DNA of 59,857 nt, counting the filler, from Nemertoderma westbladi (Eukaryota > Animalia > Xenacoelomorpha): the NCBI GenBank assembly GCA_032718475.1. It is 3 parts of 3 records of this genome, joined end to end, with 100 filler letters (N's around TTAATTAATTAA, not from the genome) between each part and the next. Parts side by side here need not be neighbours in the genome. Positions count along the whole stretch, not along the records: positions 16,265 to 44,099 come from JAUCBJ010000545.1; positions 44,200 to 59,857 come from JAUCBJ010002003.1; 1 more part is not named here. The stretch is one strand, 5' to 3'. The translations under genes and the position numbers were made by a program. The notes beneath the pieces were generated by a model. It made no database searches. It had not been told where the DNA came from and worked only from the letters and a program-made list of their open reading frames with translations. Positions 35,986 through 50,049 of the stretch are shown in pieces. How positions within the stretch are numbered: position 1 is the first letter of the stretch; the number at the start of each line of letters is the position of its first letter.

Positions 35986-38900
35986 CACTGTGTACAAATT
36001 GGGAATAGTAACCCCAATTGTCTCACACTTTCTCAAGTCACTGGCACTGTCTCGTCGAAAGTTATAACCTTTTAACTGGTTCTGTAGGAAGTAACATGAA
36101 AAAACGCCGCTTATAGCCTAAAAACACACTACGACGTATTATATTCGAATATAGTTAAATAACTCTGGAAGCCCTGTGTTTTCTGAGTTGTAACACTGTG
36201 TACAAATTGGGAATAGTAACCCCAATTGTCTCACACTTTCTCAAGTCACTGGCACTGTCTCGTCGAAAGTTATAACCTTTTAACTGGTTCTGTAGGAAGT
36301 AACATGAAAAAACGCCGCTTATAGCCTAAAAACACACTACGACGTATTATATTCGAATATAGTTAAATAACTCTGGAAGCCCTGTGTTTTCTGAGTTGTA
36401 ACACTGTGTACAAATTGGGAATAGTAACCCCAATTGTCTCACACTTTCTCAAGTCACTGGCACTGTCTCGTCGAAAGTTATAACCTTTTAACTGGTTCTG
36501 TAGGAAGTAACATGAAAAAACGCCGCTTATAGCCTAAAAACACACTACGACGTAATATATTCGAATATAGTTAAATAACTCTGGAAGCCCTGTGTTTTCT
36601 GAGTTGTAACACTGTGTACAAATTGGGAATAGTAACCCCAATTGTCTCACACTTTCTCAAGTCACTGGCACTGTCTCGTCGAAAGTTATAACCTTTTAAC
36701 TGGTTCTGTAGGAAGTAACATGAAAAAACGCCGCTTATAGCCTAAAAACACACTACGACGTAATATATTCGAATATAGTTAAATAACTCTGGAAGCCCTG
36801 TGTTTTCTGAGTTGTAACACTGTGTACAAATTGGGAATAGTAACCCCAATTGTCTCACACTTTCTCAAGTCACTGGCACTGTCTCGTCGAAAGTTATAAC
36901 CTTTTAACTGGTTCTGTAGGAAGTAACATGAAAAAACGCCGCTTATAGCCTAAAAACACACTACGACGTATTATATTCGAATATAGTTAAATAACTCTGG
37001 AAGCCCTGTGTTTTCTGAGTTGTAACACTGTGTACAAATTGGGAATAGTAACCCCAATTGTCTCACACTTTCTCAAGTCACTGGCACTGTCTCCTCGAAA
37101 GTTATAACCTTTTAACTGGTTCTGTAGGAAGTAACATGAAAAAACGCCGCTTATAGCCTAAAAACACACTACGACGTATTATATTCGAATATAGTTAAAT
37201 AACTCTGGAAGCCCTGTGTTTTCTGAGTTGTAACACTGTGTACAAATTGGGAATAGTAACCCCAATTATCTCACACTTTCTCAAGTCACTGGCACTGTCT
37301 CGTCGAAAGTTATAACCTTTTAACTGGTTCTGTAGGAAGTAACATGAAAAAACGCCGCTTATAGCCTAAAAACACACTACGACGTAATATATTCGAATAT
37401 AGTTAAATAACTCTGGAAGCCCTGTGTTTTCTGAGTTGTAACACTGTGTACAAATTGGGAATAGTAACCCCAATTGTCTCACACTTTCTCAAGTCACTGG
37501 CACTGTCTCGTCGAAAGTTATAACCTTTTAACTGGTTCTGTAGGAAGTAACATGAAAAAACGCCGCTTATAGCCTAAAAACACACTACGACGTAATATAT
37601 TCGAATATAGTTAAATAACTCTGGAAGCCCTGTGTTTTCTGAGTTGTAACACTGTGTACAAATTGGGAATAGTAACCCCAATTGTCTCACACTTTCTCAA
37701 GTCACTGGCACTGTCTCGTCGAAAGTTATAACCTTTTAACTGGTTCTGTAGGAAGTAACATGAAAAAACGCCGCTTATAGCCTAAAAACACACTACGACG
37801 TAATATATTCGAATATAGTTAAATAACTCTGGAAGCCCTGCGTTTTCTGAGTTGTAACACTGTGTACAAATTGGGAATAGTAACCCCAATTGTCTCACAC
37901 TTTCTCAAGTCACTGGCACTGTCTCGTCGAAAGTTATAACCTTTTAACTGGTTCTGTAGGAAGTAACATGAAAAAACGCCGCTTATAGCCTAAAAACACA
38001 CTACGACGTATTATATTCGAATATAGTTAAATAACTCTGGAAGCCCTGTGTTTTCTGAGTTGTAACACTGTGTACAAATTGGGAATAGTAACCCCAATTG
38101 TCTCACACTTTCTCAAGTCACTGGCACTGTCTCCTCGAAAGTTATAACCTTTTAACTGGTTCTGTAGGAAGTAACATGAAAAAACGCCGCTTATAGCCTA
38201 AAAACACACTACGACGTATTATATTCGAATATAGTTAAATAACTCTGGAAGCCCTGTGTTTTCTGAGTTGTAACACTGTGTACAAATTGGGAATAGTAAC
38301 CCCAATTGTCTCACACTTTCTCAAGTCACTGGCACTGTCTCGTCGAAAGTTATAACCTTTTAACTGGTTCTGTAGGAAGTAACATGAAAAAACGCCGCTT
38401 ATAGCCTAAAAACACACTACGACGTAATATATTCGAATATAGTTAAATAACTCTGGAAGCCCTGTGTTTTCTGAGTTGTAACACTGTGTACAAATTGGGA
38501 ATAGTAACCCCAATTGTCTCACACTTTCTCAAGTCACTGGCACTGTCTCGTCGAAAGTTATAACCTTTTAACTGGTTCTGTAGGAAGTAACATGAAAAAA
38601 CGCCGCTTATAGCCTAAAAACACACTACGACGTATTATATTCGAATATAGTTAAATAACTCTGGAAGCCCTGTGTTTTCTGAGTTGTAACACTGTGTACA
38701 AATTGGGAATAGTAACCCCAATTGTCTCACACTTTCTCAAGTCACTGGCACTGTCTCGTCGAAAGTTATAACCTTTTAACTGGTTCTGTAGGAAGTAACA
38801 TGAAAAAACGCCGCTTATAGCCTAAAAACACACTACGACGTATTATATTCGAATATAGTTAAATAACTCTGGAAGCCCTGTGTTTTCTGAGTTGTAACAC

Positions 38901-41900
38901 TGTGTACAAATTGGGAATAGTAACCCCAATTGTCTCACACTTTCTCAAGTCACTGGCACTGTCTCGTCGAAAGTTATAACCTTTTAACTGGTTCTGTAGG
39001 AAGTAACATGAAAAAACGCCGCTTATAGCCTAAAAACACACTACGACGTATTATATTCGAATATAGTTAAATAACTCTGGAAGCCCTGTGTTTTCTGAGT
39101 TGTAACACTGTGTACAAATTGGGAATAGTAACCCCAATTATCTCACACTTTCTCAAGTCACTGGCACTGTCTCCTCGAAAGTTATAACCTTTTAACTGGT
39201 TCTGTAGGAAGTAACATGAAAAAACGCCGCTTATAGCCTAAAAACACACTACGACGTATTATATTCGAATATAGTTAAATAACTCTGGAAGCCCTGTGTT
39301 TTCTGAGTTGTAACACTGTGTACAAATTGGGAATAGTAACCCCAATTGTCTCACACTTTCTCAAGTCACTGGCACTGTCTCGTCGAAAGTTATAACCTTT
39401 TAACTGGTTCTGTAGGAAGTAACATGAAAAAACGCCGCTTATAGCCTAAAAACACACTACGACGTAATATATTCGAATATAGTTAAATAACTCTGGAAGC
39501 CCTGTGTTTTCTGAGTTGTAACACTGTGTACAAATTGGGAATAGTAACCCCAATTGTCTCACACTTTCTCAAGTCACTGGCACTGTCTCGTCGAAAGTTA
39601 TAACCTTTTAACTGGTTCTGTAGGAAGTAACATGAAAAAACGCCGCTTATAGCCTAAAAACACACTACGACGTAATATATTCGAATATAGTTAAATAACT
39701 CTGGAAGCCCTGTGTTTTCTGAGTTGTAACACTGTGTACAAATTGGGAATAGTAACCCCAATTGTCTCACACTTTCTCAAGTCACTGGCACTGTCTCGTC
39801 GAAAGTTATAACCTTTTAACTGGTTCTGTAGGAAGTAACATGAAAAAACGCCGCTTATAGCCTAAAAACACACTACGACGTATTATATTCGAATATAGTT
39901 AAATAACTCTGGAAGCCCTGTGTTTTCTGAGTTGTAACACTGTGTACAAATTGGGAATAGTAACCCCAATTGTCTCACACTTTCTCAAGTCACTGGCACT
40001 GTCTCGTCGAAAGTTATAACCTTTTAACTGGTTCTGTAGGAAGTAACATGAAAAAACGCCGCTTATAGCCTAAAAACACACTACGACGTATTATATTCGA
40101 ATATAGTTAAATAACTCTGGAAGCCCTGTGTTTTCTGAGTTGTAACACTGTGTACAAATTGGGAATAGTAACCCCAATTGTCTCACACTTTCTCAAGTCA
40201 CTGGCACTGTCTCCTCGAAAGTTATAACCTTTTAACTGGTTCTGTAGGAAGTAACATGAAAAAACGCCGCTTATAGCCTAAAAACACACTACGACGTATT
40301 ATATTCGAATATAGTTAAATAACTCTGGAAGCCCTGTGTTTTCTGAGTTGTAACACTGTGTACAAATTGGGAATAGTAACCCCAATTATCTCACACTTTC
40401 TCAAGTCACTGGCACTGTCTCGTCGAAAGTTATAACCTTTTAACTGGTTCTGTAGGAAGTAACATGAAAAAACGCCGCTTATAGCCTAAAAACACACTAC
40501 GACGTATTATATTCGAATATAGTTAAATAACTCTGGAAGCCCTGTGTTTTCTGAGTTGTAACACTGTGTACAAATTGGGAATAGTAACCCCAATTATCTC
40601 ACACTTTCTCAAGTCACTGGCACTGTCTCCTCGAAAGTTATAACCTTTTAACTGGTTCTGTAGGAAGTAACATGAAAAAACGCCGCTTATAGCCTAAAAA
40701 CACACTACGACGTATTATATTCGAATATAGTTAAATAACTCTGGAAGCCCTGTGTTTTCTGAGTTGTAACACTGTGTACAAATTGGGAATAGTAACCCCA
40801 ATTGTCTCACACTTTCTCAAGTCACTGGCACTGTCTCCTCGAAAGTTATAACCTTTTAACTGGTTCTGTAGGAAGTAACATGAAAAAACGCCGCTTATAG
40901 CCTAAAAACACACTACGACGTATTATATTCGAATATAGTTAAATAACTCTGGAAGCCCTGTGTTTTCTGAGTTGTAACACTGTGTACAAATTGGGAATAG
41001 TAACCCCAATTATCTCACACTTTCTCAAGTCACTGGCACTGTCTCCTCGAAAGTTATAACCTTTTAACTGGTTCTGTAGGAAGTAACATGAAAAAACGCC
41101 GCTTATAGCCTAAAAACACACTACGACGTATTATATTCGAATATAGTTAAATAACTCTGGAAGCCCTGTGTTTTCTGAGTTGTAACACTGTGTACAAATT
41201 GGGAATAGTAACCCCAATTGTCTCACACTTTCTCAAGTCACTGGCACTGTCTCGTCGAAAGTTATAACCTTTTAACTGGTTCTGTAGGAAGTAACATGAA
41301 AAAACGCCGCTTATAGCCTAAAAACACACTACGACGTAATATATTCGAATATAGTTAAATAACTCTGGAAGCCCTGTGTTTTCTGAGTTGTAACACTGTG
41401 TACAAATTGGGAATAGTAACCCCAATTGTCTCACACTTTCTCAAGTCACTGGCACTGTCTCGTCGAAAGTTATAACCTTTTAACTGGTTCTGTAGGAAGT
41501 AACATGAAAAAACGCCGCTTATAGCCTAAAAACACACTACGACGTATTATATTCGAATATAGTTAAATAACTCTGGAAGCCCTGTGTTTTCTGAGTTGTA
41601 ACACTGTGTACAAATTGGGAATAGTAACCCCAATTGTCTCACACTTTCTCAAGTCACTGGCACTGTCTCGTCGAAAGTTATAACCTTTTAACTGGTTCTG
41701 TAGGAAGTAACATGAAAAAACGCCGCTTATAGCCTAAAAACACACTACGACGTAATATATTCGAATATAGTTAAATAACTCTGGAAGCCCTGTGTTTTCT
41801 GAGTTGTAACACTGTGTACAAATTGGGAATAGTAACCCCAATTGTCTCACACTTTCTCAAGTCACTGGCACTGTCTCGTCGAAAGTTATAACCTTTTAAC

Positions 41901-44099
41901 TGGTTCTGTAGGAAGTAACATGAAAAAACGCCGCTTATAGCCTAAAAACACACTACGACGTAATATATTCGAATATAGTTAAATAACTCTGGAAGCCCTG
42001 CGTTTTCTGAGTTGTAACACTGTGTACAAATTGGGAATAGTAATCCCAATTGTCTCACACTTTCTCAAGTCACTGGCACTGTCTCGTCGAAAGTTATAAC
42101 CTTTTAACTGGTTTTGTAGGAAGTAACATGAAAAAACGCCGCTTATAGCCTAAAAACACACTACGACGTATTATATTCGAATATAGTTAAATAACTCTGG
42201 AAGCCCTGTGTTTTCTGAGTTGTAACACTGTGTACAAATTGGGAATAGTAACCCCAATTGTCTCACACTTTCTCAAGTCACTGGCACTGTCTCCTCGAAA
42301 GTTATAACCCTTTTAACTGGTTCTGTAGGAAGTAACATGAAAAAACGCCGCTTATAGCCTAAAACCACACTACGACGTATTATATTCGAATATAGTTAAA
42401 TAACTCTGGAAGCCCTGTGTTTTCTGAGTTGTAACACTGTGTACAAATTGGGAATAGTAACCCCAATTATCTCACACTTTCTCAAGTCACTGGCACTGTC
42501 TCGTCGAAAGTTATAACCTTTTAACTGGTTCTGTAGGAAGTAACATGAAAAAACGCCGCTTATAGCCTAAAAACACACTACGACGTATTATATTCGAATA
42601 TAGTTAAATAACTCTGGAAGCCCTGTGTTTTCTGAGTTGTAACACTGTGTACAAATTGGGAATAGTAACCCCAATTGTCTCACACTTTCTCAAGTCACTG
42701 GCACTGTCTCCTCGAAAGTTATAATCTTTTAACTGGTTCTGTAGGAAGTAACATGAAAAAACGCCGCTTATAGCCTAAAAACACACTACGACGTATTATA
42801 TTCGAATATAGTTAAATAACTCTGGAAGCCCTGTGTTTTCTGAGTTGTAACACTGTGTACAAATTGGGAATAGTAACCCCAATTGTCTCACACTTTTTCA
42901 AGTCACTGGCACTGTCTCGTCGAAAGTTATAACCTTTTAACTGGTTCTGTAGGAAGTAACATGAAAAAACGCCGCTTATAGCCTAAAAACACACTACGAC
43001 GTAATATATTCGAATATAGTTAAATAACTCTGGAAGCCCTGTGTTTTCTGAGTTGTAACACTGTGTACAAATTGGGAATAGTAACCCCAATTGTCTCACA
43101 CTTTCTCAAGTCACTGGCACTGTCTCGTCGAAAGTTATAACCTTTTAACTGGTTCTGTAGGAAGTAACATGAAAAAACGCCGCTTATAGCCTAAAAACAC
43201 ACTACGACGTATTATATTCGAATATAGTTAAATAACTCTGGAAGCCCTGTGTTTTCTGAGTTGTAACACTGTGTACAGTAACCCCAATTGTCTCACACTT
43301 TCTCAAGTCACTGGCACTGTCTCGTCGAAAGTTATAACCTTTTAACTGGTTCTGTAGGAAGTAACATGAAAAAACGCCGCTTATAGCCTAAAAACACACT
43401 ACGACGTAATATATTCGAATATAGTTAAATAACTCTGGAAGCCCTGTGTTTTCTGAGTTGTAACACTGTGTACAAATTGGGAATAGTAACCCCAATTGTC
43501 TCACACTTTCTCAAGTCACTGGCACTGTCTCCTCGAAAGTTATAACCTTTTAACTGGTTCTGTAGGAAGTAACATGAAAAAACGCCGCTTATAGCCTAAA
43601 ACCACACTACGACGTATTATATTCGAATATAGTTAAATAACTCTGGAAGCCCTGTGTTTTCTGAGTTGTAACACTGTGTACAAATTGGGAATAGTAACCC
43701 CAATTATCTCACACTTTCTCAAGTCACTGGCACTGTCTCGTCGAAAGTTATAACCTTTTAACTGGTTCTGTAGGAAGTAACATGAAAAAACGCCGCTTAT
43801 AGCCTAAAAACACACTACGACGTATTATATTCGAATATAGTTAAATAACTCTGGAAGCCCTGTGTTTTCTGAGTTGTAACACTGTGTACAAATTGGGAAT
43901 AGTAACCCCAATTGTCTCACACTTTCTCAAGTCACTGGCACTGTCTCCTCGAAAGTTATAACCTTTTAACTGGTTCTGTAGGAAGTAACATGAAAAAACG
44001 CCGCTTATAGCCTAAAAACACACTACGACGTATTATATTCGAATATAGTTAAATAACTCTGGAAGCCCTGTGTTTTCTGAGTTGTAACACTGTGTACAA
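35973..44099. repeat. 208-bp satellite DNA array, ~39 highly homogeneous monomers, runs into a gap
   Basis: TTCTGAGTTGTAACACTG recurs every 208 bp (35973, 36181, 36389...); few variant sites; one 11-bp deletion (~43277) and one 1-bp insertion (~42310). Confidence 0.98.
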
Positions 44100-44199
44100 N
44101 NNNNNNNNNNNNNNNNNNNNNNNNNNNNNNNNNNNNNNNNNNNTTAATTAATTAANNNNNNNNNNNNNNNNNNNNNNNNNNNNNNNNNNNNNNNNNNNN
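44100..44199. other. Assembly gap with artificial linker N..TTAATTAATTAA..N
   Basis: Same structure as 16165-16263. Confidence 0.92.
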
Positions 44200-46649
44200 G
44201 GGTAGCTGGTATCTTCATATAGAGCAGTAGTCACATGTTTCTGTTGTTGTGTTCCCATTTTTCGCCATAACACCGGCTTTTGGAACAACTCTAGTAAAAC
44301 TGCTTAGATTATAGAAAGTATAACTGTTACCGGCGGTGTTACCTCACTTAATTTAACTGCACTAATCATATTGTTTGTACTGCTATTTACCGTCAGTTAT
44401 TAATTGTATCGATTTGTTGATGAAATATTGTCATTTGGAGAATATTGATAAATCACCCAAATTTCCCAATTTCTTGATACACTACAGGTTAGAGAGACAG
44501 GCTATATATAACAATTGCGATTTATATCAATGTGGTGTGTATTGAATCTAATGTTATTTAGTAGACACTACCTGAGTCAATTGCTGTTCTCTTTATGTGT
44601 GATCAAATATACTGACGGTCGGCAGAATAGTGTGCATGATTGTGAGTGTGATGTGACTGGTAACAAAGCATTTCCTAAAGAATGCGACTTATACTTTAAT
44701 CATAAGCCTTATCGTTGCGTTTAGTATAAGTCCTAGCTCTGTTTAAATAGCTAGAGCGCCACGTCCTAAAGGAACTGTTAATATTTACCGAAAGTTAATA
44801 ATATCTGTCAGAAATTACATATTAGCGATCAATCGAATAATACAGTAGGCTTACACTGCAACCTTACACTGCAATAATAAAATCTAAGCATCCGAATTCA
44901 GCCTCCCGGGTGTAGATCCATCGGGTGAATGATCGCGCATGGGCTGGCTTCGGCTAATGTTTTGTTTATTAGCATAAAATATTGTCGTATGCTAAAGGTG
45001 TGTTAATTAACTAAAAGACATATAAATTTTGGCAGGTTAAACTGCTAAAGGTCTTCAAAAGCGCGAACAATTACGCATTCTGGAACTCTTAGTAATTAGT
45101 GCGCTGTTACATATTTGTGACTGTAATTGATTAATAAAATTAAGAATTAGCACGCAGCATAACGGAGAGTAGTTAAGGTAATAATTAGAGTACTGTAAAC
45201 TATTCACGCTGAGCGGTTATTTGCATTAGCGGGCAATAAGCCAGATCGCATTATTCAGTACGCACAATACGCTAGTAATTTGCTGGCCTAAAGCCAGCGG
45301 CAGGCAAGTTTAGACCCAGAGCGGCATTATCCACGTAGAGACAAATACTGTACCATTTTGATTATTTTAAATATTCTCGCATTCACACATTACGTTAGGG
45401 AACCCCCAGTATTCGCGATTAGAAAAGACGTAGGCAATAGCGTGCTTTAATAGTGATAAAATTAGGCGTAAGAATACTCTGAGTGCAAAGCCTCTCGCAC
45501 TCGTCTTAAGTAAGCTTAGGGAGCCGACTCGGGTTTATTGTTTTGGTTATTCCCGCGTGGCTCATAGATTCGAACAGTTAGCTCTCTATCGAGCAATCGG
45601 TAGAGAAAGGAACAAGCGATTTTGTAGGAGCCGTGTAAATTTAGTAAATTATATTAGCGGACGGCAGATTAGCGCCATCTAACGGTAAGTAGCGGTTTTG
45701 TATTTAGCAACCTTTACAATTTAGTAATATCACGCTCCTGATCCCCTTTACTTAACAGTAGAGCAGTCTTTGTGTCTTATTGGTTAGGCGAGAGCTCATT
45801 AGGTTGGCAGAAAGGTATTAACGGGTATTTGTCTGTTCAACAGTTCTGCTGTTAGTATAGGTGTCGCGGTTGTTTATCATGGCACCTCCATGACGAATGG
45901 TGCCATTGTCCTTATAGATATCAGCCCAGTTGGTAGAGGGGCGTATCTCTTTGCATCATCGACCATCGTAGCGTCCTTGAGAATCCATAGTGGAGCGAGT
46001 ATTTCTATAGTATCGTAATTATACTCACGGGCTATCATGTAGCAGTAACCCCTGACCGTTATCTTCTGCTCGAAATATAGTGTCATCCTCTCCATTGACT
46101 TCTTCAGAACCAGGACAAATATTTCATTGTAGAACAGGAGGTATACAATTCGACTGTACTGGGTGGTCCTTTTATGACCCGTGATGGATGTTTCGAATGG
46201 TATGCGTTAGACAACGCTAACCCCTGCGGCGGTTGTTGCATCAGACAACGCTAACCCCTGTGGCTGTTGTTGGAGCCTTATTAAATATGAACGAGCTGCG
46301 CCAACAGCTGTGACTCGGCAAGGTTTACGTCTGCTTCATTGGAGGTTAGTTATTAAAGCTTTTGTTGCAAAAATGTGTTGTTTTTGTGCAATGCGCGAAC
46401 TACTCTAAAACTGGCATTGTCTCGAGGGATTTGAGAACTTATAAAACTTACGCCCTCTATCGTTCATTTTGATACTGAGCTATAGTGACGAAATCACCAG
46501 CCATTGGCCAGTGTTTTTTCTTTGTCCCATAGCCTTTGTGTTAATTCCCTGCCAATCAGCACAATTTTCACTTTATGATTTATTGAGGCCATGTTTACAT
46601 ATGAATATGCTGCATTATATGATTTATGCAATATGATTTATACCGGTGT

Positions 46650-47350
46650 TTTGGTGTTGGATGGAATTCATATAAATTAATTTAGAAATTTCAAACTTGT
46701 TTTTTTCACTGGGTGCCAAATTTTGGTGCCAGCGCCAAATTTTGAAATATGTCAAATTTGTCAATTGATTATTTGAAACTTGCATTTTACGCAATTGGGC
46801 ATTTTGGGGTTCTGGTTTCGATGGAATATATACGAGTTGCACCTAGCGTATCAAACTTGTATTTTTCGGTGCTGTGTGCAAATTTTGGTGCTAGCACGAA
46901 ATTTTGAAAAATCTATTCAATAGATAAAATTGCTTGTCACAATTTATTTCTTGCGTTTTGGAGGTTTATGTCTGTTCTGAATTCAATGGAATATATAATT
47001 ATCGAACAAGATATCTCAAACTTGTATTATTCGGAAGTGGGTGCAAAATGTGGTGCTAGCACCAAATTTTGAAAACCATCAAATATCTCAATTGATTGTG
47101 TCACCTTGTTTCTTGCGTTATACGGGTTTGTGTGGGTTCTGAATTCAATGGAATAAGTAAAAATTGCATAAGAGTTTTCAAACTTGTATTTTTTGCCAGT
47201 GGGTGAAAATTGTTGTGCCACCACCAAACTTTTTTAAAATAAGCAAATTAATCAATAGATAGTATCATCTTGTGTCTTGCGTTCTACGTGTTTATGAGGG
47301 TCCTGGATCCGATGGAATCAACAAAAACAGAACTGGACATCTCAAATTCG
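46650..47350. repeat. Degenerate ~165-bp tandem repeat, ~4 copies
   Basis: TCAAACTTGT...GTGC(C)AAATTTTGGTGC recurs near 46690, 46850, 47015 and 47178. Confidence 0.75.
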
Positions 47351-47488
47351 GTTCAAGTTCAAGTTTTCAATATTCAAATTCGGCTTCCCTCATGGGGGGA
47401 ACTTATTCTATTAGTATTAGATCGTCGGGGAGGGTAGGGTTAGGCTGGCTGGATCCTGGTCCTAGGGTTGTCCTACTAGATGCTATAT

Positions 47489-48196
47489 CCTCCAATGTTA
47501 TATAGTTTCTGGTTGGAGATGTGTGCATTGTACTTGACACAGTGAAACCGGCGTAGCATTCTTGTGAATGTGCCATCCAGAGATTTGGTGTCCTCAGCAG
47601 TTATATCCCAGCATGGACTCCCATAGAGAAGTACTGGAACTACTGCTGCTCTAAATAATCAGACCTTAAGTTTCCGATGAATTATATGTGACTTCTAAAT
47701 CCTGGAAAGCCCATTCAAGGCTGCCCATGCCTTTCCCTTACGTATTCGAAGGTCCTCATCTGACTTCCGGATCCATGATCCCAGGTAACATAAGTCGTCC
47801 ACATACTCAAGCATAACATCATTTGAGCTTATGTTCATCCGGTCTGAGACTTGCTGAGGACTTTCAAAGTTAACTATCAAAATTTGGGTTTTTTTGGAGT
47901 TAGTAAAAAGACCAACACTATATGTAGCCTGTTCTAATGAGCTGAGGAGCCGTTGGGTTCCACCTAGTGATTCTGAGAGTACTCCTAAGTCATCAGCAAA
48001 GTCTAGATCAGTTAGGTACTTGGCAGGATTTCCTCGACTTCTGGAGCCAGTAGCTGTAGTTACTAATCACCCCATCATCATTATGTTGATCTAAGGACAT
48101 GCGTAGAACATAGTCAACCACAATTATGAACAAGATTGGCGCAAGTGTATCTCCCTGGAGGACTCCCCATAACACTTCGAATGGTTCTGTGTCACC
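47489..48196 (-). pseudogene. Internal, diverged fragment of the same RTE family as 16682-18473
   Basis: Colinear with ~16992-17698, with substitutions and indels; no tail or TSD. Confidence 0.9.
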
Positions 48197-48219
48197 ATAA
48201 ATCGGTTACCAGATGACGC

Positions 48220-49722
48220 ATACGATCTAAGTTTAGCATGATCCAATAGAGTTTATGGGACCCAATGTTGTGCAATATACAGTATGTTCACCCAAGATCT
48301 AAGTTCGCTCAGGATCTAAGGTTGTAAAGCCGGGGAATCTATTTAGAAGGAGACGTTCACAGTTCGTTCCTCTTTGTGCCCACGTTTCCATTCTTGCCGA
48401 TTAGTGGAATGGATACTTCGCTAATACTTACCAACATAGAATCGAGCTCGATCCCGGACGTATCTGTTTATTTTTTGCATTATATTTAAAAAGGGCTACT
48501 TTTTATTATTTAATCACTTTCATCATTTAATATTTAATCTTATGAAGAAGGGGCTATGTTTTATACCACAAGAAACGACCTAGACTGTCCTAATCTACGG
48601 CAAACTCATAACCTTAGGCAATCTTTGATCAGCAGATTCTGGCAAACTTAGATCCTGGTGAACTTAGAATCGGGTGTCTGTTGGGCGGTCTATCCGACTA
48701 TAAATAATAATAATAAAATAATTATTTGTAAAGGCGCCCATACGCTAGGCGCAAATAAACCTATTGTACCCAAGTTGGTACCAGATATATATTTTTCGTC
48801 TAATTGTTCTCTTCTCGGAAAAAATGAGTTTATATCATGATATTATATTATGGAGTTACTATCCAACAATCTGTCCGTCAAATATAAGAAAATAGCACGC
48901 TATCAAGCTAAAAGTATAGTTATGGGGTTTTTCTGGCCGTAGAGTTCATTTCGAGTGTCAGTTTTAACATTTGATGTTTGATGACTTCCACATTGTCTGT
49001 TTGGCTTTCAGGCTATTAGTTTCATTTTGACGGGCAGGACAGACATACAAACAGAAACAATCCTGACATCAGAAATGAAGTCACCAACCAAGAAAACCGA
49101 TATAGAAAATTTTTAAGATAGATAGTACTGTATATGCGTTGTATTGTTTTGGAGACATACTGACGGTGACGGACAGACCGACAGTCAAACGGACAGACAG
49201 CCATAATCTCGAGAAGTAAGACAGATCATGCTAAACGGTTTTCAAAATCGTAATCTTGATAAATCTGCTCTAGAAGAAATAGAATAAGAATTGATTATCA
49301 GTCCCCCCTCCCCCCCCCCCCCCCCCCCCCCCACCTAACAATTCCGCACCCACAACATACAGAAAACTGGGATAGGGTAGGGTGTTCTGCAACAGTGCTT
49401 AACAATAAAACGAACTTAGATCCTGCAAAGCCTGACTTTGATGAACTTAGATCTTTGCGAAATTAGGTCCTATATACAGTACGTGAACATAGATCCTATC
49501 TGGGTGAACTTAGATCCAAACTATGTATGTAGGTGATCTTAGATACTAACTAGGTGAACTTAGATCCTAACTGGGTGAACTTAGATCCTAACTAGGTGAA
49601 CTTAGATCCTATCTCGGTGAACTTAGATCCCAATTTATGCTATTGAAAGCCTTTGGTAATCATCATGCAGTCACGAAGCGCACTTAGATCCCACTTTGAA
49701 AGAGAAGCGAACTTAGATCCCA
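48220..49722. repeat. Degraded DNA-transposon-like region with GAACTTAGATCC subterminal repeats
   Basis: About 10 direct copies at 49410-49722 (21-bp period in part) and inverted GATCTAAG copies at 48225-48320; termini not resolved. Confidence 0.5.
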
Positions 49723-50049
49723 CGTGTACTGTGCGTTGGCCGCGTTCTATCGATATAATACATTAAGGGGGTTCACCTTTTTTTGGTCAAAAAAGTGAAA
49801 AAACTTTTTTGTGCGAATTTTGTGTAGAATTTAATGGCGATTCCGAATATGAAAGTTATTAGTTTTCTCAGCTTGATTAGTTTTTAAGATGTGACGATGA
49901 TTGCATAAAAAATCAAAATTTTGGGTGTATTAATTTAATGAAGATATAATGTCTTTTTTGGTAATTTTTATGATCTAACTATTTTAGTAATTTCATTTTG
50001 TTCTAAAACAGATTTGGGGTGAAAATAATTTTGAATATATATTTTCATC

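Noticed and set aside
35973-44099. CRISPR array or tandem RNA-gene cluster (5S, snRNA, spliced leader, retrozyme)
   Set aside because: There are no unique spacers and no cas genes, and the context is eukaryotic. I found no Pol III boxes, Sm site or hammerhead core in the monomer.
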